NCBI GenBank assembly: GCA_003233095.1
Contig: QIKT01000180.1
Location: 1-50,840, forward strand
Length of the DNA stretch: 50,840 nucleotides
From: Oceanospirillales bacterium
Lineage (GTDB): Bacteria > Pseudomonadota > Gammaproteobacteria > Xanthomonadales > SZUA-38
Direction of reading: 5' to 3'
The notes below the pieces were generated by a model, which saw nothing but the letters and a program-made list of their open reading frames with translations, made no database searches and was not told the origin of the DNA. A program made the position numbers and the translations under genes. Below, one piece after another: positions 44,147 to 50,840 of the stretch (position 1 is its first letter; each line of letters opens with the position of its first letter).

Positions 44147-45868
44147 TCAGCTTTTCAATGGGTCGGTCAATCCGTCAAGTGAGTGTCCACTCAGGCCGAC
44201 TTCATTGAGGATTGATTCGACCAGTGGTGCTTGAGCCTTGTACCGAAGGGCACTGTTGACGACCTCATCTGCCAGGCTGCATTTTCCCGAAACAGAGCGG
44301 CCGTCTTCGGACATCTCAACCCTTGATCCGCCGGAAGAGCCGCCATTGAGCCCCTCGACTTGAACGATCTTGATGCCGTCAATCTGCTCCATGGGTTTGA
44401 CGCTCTCTCGAATGATTTCCGGCAAGCGGCTGACAATTTCCATTTTGATCTTCATCGAGATCTGCTCGTTGGAGAGCAGGTTGGCCGCTTCGTTGAGCGC
44501 CTGTTGCCCATCAGCTTCAACCCGGTATCGTTCAGCAGACGCAAGGGCTCGGATTTTTTCAGAATCTGCCTCAGCCGCCGCCAGAGTCCGAATGGCGTCT
44601 GCCTTGTCCTCGGCGGACTTGCGTTCGGCTTCGGCAGCGACGGTCATTTCAATCATCTCGGTTTCAGCTTCCTTGGAGGCTTCGACCAGAGTGATCATTT
44701 TTTCCCGCTCGGCTATTTCCTGTTCGCGGGCAGTGACCACTCGTTCAAAAGCGCGCACCGCTTCAGCCTTGGCGGTGTCGGCGTCTTTCTCAGCCAGTGA
44801 CTGCATCTTGGACTTGTCGGCCACTTCAATGGCCCGGTCCTGTTCGCTCAGTTCCAGCGATTTCCTTTTGGTGATCTCGGCCGTTTCGATGGTTCGCATC
44901 TTTTCGATTTCCAGTTCCCTGATCTGGCGATCCTTGTTGATGCGTTCTTCCTCTACGATCCGGTCTGATTCAATCTGCGCCTGATCGATCTGACGTTGCG
45001 CCATGATCTGCGCTGCTTCGGCATCCTGGCGACGCTCCGCCTGTTCGGTCATGATGTTGGATTGCTGGGTGGCTCGACGAATCTCGATTTGCCGTTCCAG
45101 CTGCAGCTTTGCGTACTCTTCCTCACGCTGGATTTCCAGGCGCTGCTGCTCGGCTTCAAGATTCTTGCGCATGATTTCGACCGATGTATCCTGCTCGATA
45201 TCGTTGCGTTTCTTGCGACGTGACTCGATCGACTCGGTCAGGAAGGTCAGACCTTCGGCATCAAAGGCGTTGTCAGGGTTGAAGTATTCGCGAGAGGTCT
45301 GATCCAGACCGGTCAGCGAGACCGATTCGAGTTCCAGACCATTTTTGAGAAGATCTTCGGTGACAACCTGCTGAACTTTCTGAACAAAGGCGGTACGTTG
45401 TTCATGCAGTTCTTCCATGGCCATTTCGGCGGCGACTGATCTGAGCGCATCGACGAACTTGCCTTCAACCAGCTCTTTTAGCATTTCCGGTTGCATCGTT
45501 TTCAGACCTAGCGTCTGGGCCGCATTGGCAATGGACTCTTCCAGAGGTTGAGCACGTACATAGAATTCGGCGGTGACATCGACTCGCATGCGGTCACGGG
45601 TAATCAGTGCCTGATCTTTAGCGCGTTGCACATCCAGCCTCAGAGTATTCAGGTTGACGGGTATGACTTCCTGGAAGATCGGAATGACTATCGCGCCGCC
45701 ATTGAGAATGACCTTCTGGCCTCCCAATCCGGTCCGAACAAAGGCAGTCTCCTTCGATGCCCTGACATAGAGTCGTGAGACGATCATCACGATCAGGAGA
45801 ATGCCGATAAAGACACCACCCCCGACGTAAGCCCACATCATGTTGAAACTTTCCAAAGTGGTGTCCAT
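44147..45868 (-). CDS. flotillin / SPFH-domain protein (YqiK-like)
   Basis: ATG at 45868 with AGGAGA upstream. N-terminal TM helix, then SRLYVRASKETAFVRTGLGGQKV (SPFH start), then a long E/A/R/Q coiled coil. Confidence 0.85.
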   Translation of the reverse strand: MDTTLESFNMMWAYVGGGVFIGILLIVMIVSRLYVRASKETAFVRTGLGGQKVILNGGAIVIPIFQEVIPVNLNTLRLDVQRAKDQALITRDRMRVDVTAEFYVRAQPLEESIANAAQTLGLKTMQPEMLKELVEGKFVDALRSVAAEMAMEELHEQRTAFVQKVQQVVTEDLLKNGLELESVSLTGLDQTSREYFNPDNAFDAEGLTFLTESIESRRKKRNDIEQDTSVEIMRKNLEAEQQRLEIQREEEYAKLQLERQIEIRRATQQSNIMTEQAERRQDAEAAQIMAQRQIDQAQIESDRIVEEERINKDRQIRELEIEKMRTIETAEITKRKSLELSEQDRAIEVADKSKMQSLAEKDADTAKAEAVRAFERVVTAREQEIAEREKMITLVEASKEAETEMIEMTVAAEAERKSAEDKADAIRTLAAAEADSEKIRALASAERYRVEADGQQALNEAANLLSNEQISMKIKMEIVSRLPEIIRESVKPMEQIDGIKIVQVEGLNGGSSGGSRVEMSEDGRSVSGKCSLADEVVNSALRYKAQAPLVESILNEVGLSGHSLDGLTDPLKS

Positions 45869-45957
45869 AGTGCTCTCCTGTGTGTTGTAAGTAGGGTGGT
45901 TGCTTGTCTTGATAGGGTCGAGCGAATCAGCAGGCAACCAAGTTCATCGGGGCTGGG

Positions 45958-46611
45958 TTATTTCCGACAAACGATATAGATACTGTTTTTCTGCTCCAGA
46001 ACGATCACGTCCGTCCCTTGTGGGATGGCGTGTTCCTCTTCGGCAGGTTCGACCATGATGTAATGGTCACGGCCATATTCATCGGCCAGTTTTGCCTGGG
46101 CTGCCGAACCAGAGGTCGCTTGGCCCATGATAATAATCGCTGACTTGCCGATAAAACTCTCGGAGGACACCGATTCGGTCTCATCCTGAGGCAGGATTCT
46201 TGCCAGCCAGCCAGTGAGGATTCTCATCACGGGCAGGCATGCTGGCAGTACGATCAGCGATGCGGCCATTGCACTCATGGGATCTTCGTTGATCGAGATC
46301 AGCGTGGCCTGGAGGCCAAGACCCAGACCGCTAAACGAGGCCAGAAAAACCACCAGACTGACCGCAGCGGGCACTTCTCCCAGTCGCAGCCAACCAAACA
46401 GACCGCCGAGCATTGACGAGGGCCCCGATGCAGTATCGGCATCCACATCCACATCCAGATCGGCGTCCATGTCTGGCAAAAAGGAATCCATCAGATCCGA
46501 AAAACCGGTTCCCATGATCAGGCCGACCACTTCCAGCAAGGCGAGCAACAGCATCAGCAGCAGTGCCGCTGAAAAAGGCCAGTTGGCCGACAGTCCGATA
46601 AATTCAGTCAT
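45958..46611 (-). CDS. YqiJ/NfeD-like inner-membrane protein with a C-terminal OB-fold
   Basis: 217 aa. Hydrophobic N-terminus, an acidic DMDADLDVDVDAD loop, more TM helices, and a soluble tail (GKSAIIIMGQATSGSAAQAKLADEYGRDHYIMVEP). Pairing with a flotillin gene is classical. Confidence 0.7.
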   Translation of the reverse strand: MTEFIGLSANWPFSAALLLMLLLALLEVVGLIMGTGFSDLMDSFLPDMDADLDVDVDADTASGPSSMLGGLFGWLRLGEVPAAVSLVVFLASFSGLGLGLQATLISINEDPMSAMAASLIVLPACLPVMRILTGWLARILPQDETESVSSESFIGKSAIIIMGQATSGSAAQAKLADEYGRDHYIMVEPAEEEHAIPQGTDVIVLEQKNSIYIVCRK

Positions 46612-47137
46612 TGGCGTTCTCCTCTGTCGTCTGTTGCTGTTGTGTCATGACCAGCCTGGCAAGCGTCAGAACCTGTGGCATGCTGCGACGAACCAACGTT
46701 GGGTCGTAGCAGGGCGCATGCTCGGTGACGGCCAGTCGCATCATGTACTCGCAGTGTCGTATCAGTCGTTCCATCACGTTCTCTTCGAGGGTGGCCAGGT
46801 CAATCATCTGCGTTTCATCGTCTTCCTGATCGACGCCTGAAAGCATGTAGGCCGTAATCTCCTTGAGCCAGTGATAGGTCTGGATGAGCAGCTCGGAGTG
46901 GCGAGATTCGCGTCGTTCGATCTCGCGTATCTGGCCGGCGACCGGCTCAAGCAGTCCTCTCATGACTTCCAGAGCCGCTTGGTAGCTATAGGTCCCTGCG
47001 TCCTGAAGTCGAGCCTGTTTGATGATCGCCCGAAGCTTTTCGGACGGTGTTTCCGCATCATCAATGGCCAGGCCTTCAAGAAATGCCAGGTCGCTGTCGC
47101 TGACTCGGACGCTGATCAGATTGTTTTTCCCGGTCAT
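46604..47137 (-). CDS. hypothetical protein with an N-terminal ribbon-helix-helix-like segment
   Basis: 177 aa. ISVRVSDSDLAFLEGLA...TPSEKLRAIIKQA has a strand-helix-helix pattern, and the rest is helical and acidic. 8-nt overlap (ATGACTGA) with the yqiJ-like start. Confidence 0.5.
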   Translation of the reverse strand: MTGKNNLISVRVSDSDLAFLEGLAIDDAETPSEKLRAIIKQARLQDAGTYSYQAALEVMRGLLEPVAGQIREIERRESRHSELLIQTYHWLKEITAYMLSGVDQEDDETQMIDLATLEENVMERLIRHCEYMMRLAVTEHAPCYDPTLVRRSMPQVLTLARLVMTQQQQTTEENAND

Positions 47138-47138
47138 A

Positions 47139-47188
47139 TTGTTTACACATCAAAATGGAAAGTAATTATTGTATACAAATGTAAACAA
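47139..47188. promoter_or_regulatory. operator-like array of TTGTWTACA motifs upstream of the RHH/YqiJ/flotillin operon
   Basis: TTGTTTACA (47139-47147), the 10-bp palindrome TTGTATACAA (47169-47178) and TGTAAACAA (47180-47188, inverted copy of the first), all in an AT-rich gap. Confidence 0.45.
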
Positions 47189-47336
47189 AGCAATAGGCCA
47201 AAAGTCAGCAGCCTTGAAAACACGCCGTTGAGACTGAGTAGACCCATGCACTATCAATCCTTTCAAGCGGCCTTTTCCGGGTGGCTATTGGCGGATGGTT
47301 GCGGTTAAATAGCGGGATTGAATCTGGAATCTTGTC

Positions 47337-48104
47337 ATGAAAATTACCAGTCTGAATGCCAATGGGATAAGAGCTGCGGCCCGCAAGGGTTTTTTTGACT
47401 GGATGCAGGCAGAGGTTCCCGATGTGGTCTGCATTCAGGAGACCAAGGCGCAGGTGCATCAGTTGACAGATGCGCTGTTCAACCCGGCGGGATATTACTG
47501 TCAGTATCGAGATGCCGAAAAGAAAGGCTATAGCGGGGTGGCTATCTACTCCAGAGTACCTCCGAACTCGGTGATTAAGGGGCTGGGCCACCTCGAATTT
47601 GATTCCGAAGGGCGCTGGATTCAGTACGACTTCGATCGGTTCAGCGTGATCTCTCTGTATCTTCCCTCGGGTTCCTCCAAAGAAGAACGGCAGGTGTTCA
47701 AGTATGTGTGCATGGAGAACCTGGAACCTCATCTCAGGCAGATGGTTGCGGCGGACCGGGAGTTCATCATCTGTGGCGACTGGAATATTGCCCATCACAA
47801 GATTGATATCAAGAATTGGCGTGGCAATCAGAAAAACTCGGGTTTCCTGCCAGAAGAACGAGCCTGGATGACCAAGCTGTTTGATGAGTACGGACTGGTT
47901 GACGCGTTCAGAGAAGTTGATCAGCGAGATCATCAATACACCTGGTGGTCGAATCGTGGCCAAGCCTGGGCCAACAATACCGGATGGCGGATCGATTATC
48001 AGATCGTGACGCCGGGACTGCGTGAGAGCATTCAGTCGGCCTCGATCTACAAGGAAGAGCGATTCTCGGATCATGCGCCCTTGACGATTCACTATGATTT
48101 TTAG
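47337..48104 (+). CDS. xthA: exodeoxyribonuclease III
   Basis: MKITSLNANGIRAAARKGFFDWMQAEVPDVVCIQETK...GDWNIAH...SDHAPL. Confidence 0.9.
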   Translation: MKITSLNANGIRAAARKGFFDWMQAEVPDVVCIQETKAQVHQLTDALFNPAGYYCQYRDAEKKGYSGVAIYSRVPPNSVIKGLGHLEFDSEGRWIQYDFDRFSVISLYLPSGSSKEERQVFKYVCMENLEPHLRQMVAADREFIICGDWNIAHHKIDIKNWRGNQKNSGFLPEERAWMTKLFDEYGLVDAFREVDQRDHQYTWWSNRGQAWANNTGWRIDYQIVTPGLRESIQSASIYKEERFSDHAPLTIHYDF

Positions 48105-48110
48105 GATCCG

Positions 48111-49496
48111 ATGATTCAATCGGGTTCATCCTCCTGGCGGCAGGTGTTCAGCACACTCCGCAATCCCCGATTACTGATGATTTTTGCCTTGGGTTTCGTG
48201 CAGGGATTTCCTTGGGTGTTAGCGGGCTCAGTGATGACCCTGTGGTTGCAATCTGAAGGTCTTTCGCGAACCGGTGTGGGTTATTTTGGGCTGGTTTTTT
48301 CAGTTTATGCGATCAATTGGACGTGGGCTCCGTTTCTGGATCGGGTTCGGTTACCGATTCTGTATCGATTATTCGGTCAGCGTCGATCCTGGATTGTCTT
48401 GTGTCTGGCGATGATCACGGTTCTGGTCTGGTTGATCTCTCAGCAGAACCCCAGTGACAATTTGGTGCTGATCAGCGTGCTCACGCTTGGTGTGACCATC
48501 ATCTCTGCGACGCAAGATATTGCCATTGATGCGTATCGAATCGAATCGTTTGCACCTGATGACGAGCAGATGTATGGCCATGCAGCTGCTGCAGCGACCA
48601 GTGGTTGGTGGGCAGGATATGCGTTTATCGGTGGGGCAGTTGCCCTGTATCTGGGTGGCGAGACTATCGGCCTGAGCTGGCCGCAGGTGTATCAGTGTCT
48701 GTGTCTGATGCTATTGGCACAGATCATCATGGTCATTTTCATTCCTTCTCCAGAGTATGGTCGTTCCGAGGCGCAGGAAATACGGCGACAAGCCTATGAA
48801 CAGCAGTTGAACCTCGGTCGATTTTCAGCCTGGTGGGTGGTGACTGTCGTTGATCCATTCGTGGATTTCTTTCGGCGTTGTGGCTGGCAATTAGCCATTG
48901 GCATATTGCTGTTTGTGTTTACCTTCAAGCTGGGCGAAGCCTTTCTCGGCAGAATGTCGCTGCTGTTCTACAAGGAAGTCGGCTTCAGTACCGAGCAGAT
49001 TGGCACCTACTCCAAACTGATCGGAGGGATGACCACTGTTGTGTTCTCATTCATGGGTGCTGCGATCAGTGCACGCTATGGTGTGATTCGTGGGTTATTT
49101 ATTGGTGGCATTTCGATGGCCGGCTCCAATCTGATGTTCAGCGTGATTGCCCTGGCTGGGCCGTCGGAATCGCTGTTGCTGGCCACTATTCTGGTCGACG
49201 GCTTCACGGCAGCATTTGCGACCGTGGCTTTTGTCTCGTTTATCTCGTATTTTACCTCGCGCACTTATACCGCCACTCAATATGCATTGCTGGCATCGTT
49301 GGGAAATTTTGGTCGGACCACCTTGTCAGCGTCCAGCGGCCAGTTGGTCGATGGCTTGCACGGTAGTTGGGCGCTGTTCTTCGTGATAACAGCGTTGATG
49401 GTGATACCAGGTTTGTGTCTGTTGTGGTGGATCAGTCGTCGAATGAAGTCACGTTCAGTGACCGATTCGATCGAGTCGTCGAATCAGGCAGAGTAG
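48111..49496 (+). CDS. ampG: AmpG-family muropeptide MFS permease
   Basis: 461 aa and polytopic. LGFVQGFPWVLAGSVMTLWL...WTWAPFLDRVRLPILYRLFGQRRSW is AmpG-like. Confidence 0.8.
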   Translation: MIQSGSSSWRQVFSTLRNPRLLMIFALGFVQGFPWVLAGSVMTLWLQSEGLSRTGVGYFGLVFSVYAINWTWAPFLDRVRLPILYRLFGQRRSWIVLCLAMITVLVWLISQQNPSDNLVLISVLTLGVTIISATQDIAIDAYRIESFAPDDEQMYGHAAAAATSGWWAGYAFIGGAVALYLGGETIGLSWPQVYQCLCLMLLAQIIMVIFIPSPEYGRSEAQEIRRQAYEQQLNLGRFSAWWVVTVVDPFVDFFRRCGWQLAIGILLFVFTFKLGEAFLGRMSLLFYKEVGFSTEQIGTYSKLIGGMTTVVFSFMGAAISARYGVIRGLFIGGISMAGSNLMFSVIALAGPSESLLLATILVDGFTAAFATVAFVSFISYFTSRTYTATQYALLASLGNFGRTTLSASSGQLVDGLHGSWALFFVITALMVIPGLCLLWWISRRMKSRSVTDSIESSNQAE

Positions 49497-50617
49497 ACGG
49501 CACCCAGCACTCGTTTTCCGTTTGCCTCGGTCACCGAGGGGCAATTGCCGGGAAGACCTTCGAGTCGTCGAGCAGCCAGCCAGGCAAACAAGATCCCTTC
49601 AACCCAGTTCGGATCGATCCCGGTTCGTGAGGTGGATTCAATCACGGCATGGGGCAGAAGATGCTTCAGTCGCTTCATCATATCCAGGTTGTGTACCCCG
49701 CCGCCGCAGACCATGACCCGTGCGCTGTTGGGTTGGGAATGCTCGATGGCTTGCGAGATTGATTCGGCCGTCAGTTGACACAGAGTGGCCTGAACATCAA
49801 TGGGGCGATAGACCCGGCCGGCGAACTGTTTACTCAGCCAGGCCAGGTCAAAGTATTCACGGCCAATGCTTTTGGGTGCGGGCCGCATCAGATACGGATC
49901 GGCCAGCATGCGAGACAATAGCGCTTGCTGAAGATCGCCGCCAGAAGCCCACTCGCCATGTCGATCCAGTGCCAGGCCCTGTTGATCATCAATCCAGGCG
50001 TCCATCAGGCAGTTCCCCGGACCACAGTCATAGCCTGTAATCAGGTCCTCGCCCGCTGACTCGCAGGCAGGCAGGCAGGTAATATTCGCAATGCCGCCTA
50101 TGTTGACGATCACCCGATTTTCAGTGTCGGAATGGAACAGTAAGCGATGCAACGCCGGAGCCAGAGGTGCACCTTCGCCACCGGCTGCCATATCGCGACG
50201 TCTGAAATCGCTGACCGTGACTATGCCACAGCGTTCGCTGATGATATTGGGGTTGGCAATCTGCACTGTGTAACGATGCCGCGCGTCCAATTGATGGGCG
50301 ATAGTCTGACCATGACTGCCGATCGCGCTGATGTCAGCAGCGTTTAGTCCAGCCTGTTTGATTGAACGGTTGATGGCGTCGGCGAACGCACTGCCCAGAT
50401 CCTGATCCATTCGCATGCAGTCATCGAGGGTTGTGTCACCTGCCTTGCCAAGTATGACGGACAGACGTTGCCTGAGTGCAAAGTTCAGGGTGTGTGTACG
50501 GGCATGGATAATGCTGGGCCTGGACGCCATTTGGGTATTCAGCTTGCAAATCACCACGTCGATGCCGTCCATGCTGGTGCCAGACAGTGCGCCAACATAC
50601 AAACCCGACTCGCTCAT
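49484..50617 (-). CDS. anmK: anhydro-N-acetylmuramic acid kinase
   Basis: GLYVGALSGTSMDGIDVV...NIGGIANI...CGGGVHN. 377 aa. Confidence 0.9.
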   Translation of the reverse strand: MSESGLYVGALSGTSMDGIDVVICKLNTQMASRPSIIHARTHTLNFALRQRLSVILGKAGDTTLDDCMRMDQDLGSAFADAINRSIKQAGLNAADISAIGSHGQTIAHQLDARHRYTVQIANPNIISERCGIVTVSDFRRRDMAAGGEGAPLAPALHRLLFHSDTENRVIVNIGGIANITCLPACESAGEDLITGYDCGPGNCLMDAWIDDQQGLALDRHGEWASGGDLQQALLSRMLADPYLMRPAPKSIGREYFDLAWLSKQFAGRVYRPIDVQATLCQLTAESISQAIEHSQPNSARVMVCGGGVHNLDMMKRLKHLLPHAVIESTSRTGIDPNWVEGILFAWLAARRLEGLPGNCPSVTEANGKRVLGAVYSA

Positions 50618-50840
50618 CGTGAATCGGCTAGCAACAGCTCTTGTTGCTGCATCAGATTCAATCGATCACGAAATGGTGAGGATTCGGCGATGAAATTAGC
50701 CATCAAGGCCGGTGGCAAAGGCTCGGCTTTGGGCAATTCAACGGTTCTGGGGTTGCGATGAACACCGTTGAGCAGAAACTCGTAATGCAGATGGGCGCCG
50801 GTAACACGGCCGGTACTACCCAGGTAGCCCACAACCTGAC
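50614..50840 (-). CDS. M23-family metallopeptidase, C-terminal part only (5' end outside the window)
   Basis: QVVGYLGSTGRVTGAHLHYEFLLNGVHRNP contains the HxH motif. The frame stays open to the window edge. ATGA overlap with the anmK start. Confidence 0.8.
   Translation of the reverse strand, partial: QVVGYLGSTGRVTGAHLHYEFLLNGVHRNPRTVELPKAEPLPPALMANFIAESSPFRDRLNLMQQQELLLADSR

Noticed and set aside
44360-45302. Several plus-strand ORFs (146, 204, 75 and 99 aa) with Ser/Ala/Leu-rich low-complexity sequence. I also wondered briefly whether this was tandem repeat DNA.
   Set aside because: They mirror the E/A/R/Q coiled-coil region of the flotillin gene on the other strand. The periodicity comes from amino-acid composition and is not a DNA tandem repeat.
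47205-48119. 304-aa minus-strand ORF
   Set aside because: Antisense to xthA, which has clear ExoIII motifs. No recognisable domain.
1-50840. Genomic island, prophage or defence island hypothesis for the window
   Set aside because: I saw no integrase, transposase, phage structural genes, tRNA attachment site, nuclease/ATPase defence-type genes or CRISPR repeats. Housekeeping genes are interspersed throughout.

Overview
This window looks like a core chromosomal segment of a moderately GC-rich gammaproteobacterium. It is densely packed with about 55 protein genes, many joined by 4-nt ATGA/TTGA overlaps. By eye I found no rRNA, tRNA, CRISPR array, integrase, transposase or prophage genes.

Housekeeping content:
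- Translation and nucleotide metabolism: rpmB-rpmG, tdk, rep, hemL, adk, dut, pyrE, xthA.
- Envelope: pcm-like methyltransferase-tolC, waaA, lpxL, radC.
- Peptidoglycan recycling: mpl, then ampG-anmK and a partial M23 peptidase.
- Pyrophosphate module: a likely PPi-dependent phosphofructokinase, a membrane H+-PPase and a soluble PPase side by side.

Accessory or unusual content:
1. A five-gene, fully translationally coupled MacB-type ABC exporter with three different periplasmic adaptor genes in tandem (10305-15385).
2. An operon of a ribbon-helix-helix-like protein, a YqiJ/NfeD-like membrane protein and a flotillin, with a repeated TTGTWTACA operator-like motif upstream (44147-47188).
3. Four ECF sigma factor genes, each with a different partner arrangement.
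4. A PlpD-like patatin/Omp85 (type Vd) protein next to a small DUF1851/Tdi1-like gene.
5. Two families of 100-150 bp intergenic repeats with terminal inverted repeats, found at four loci. One pair of copies shows a compensatory base-pair change in an internal hairpin.
6. A 420-bp ORF-poor gap that ends in an intrinsic terminator (candidate sRNA).
7. An AlgC ORF with a roughly 330-codon membrane-anchored N-terminal extension.
8. A DedA-PAP2-like fusion whose phosphatase motifs look degenerate.

All family assignments come from motifs and remembered homologues. No searches were run.
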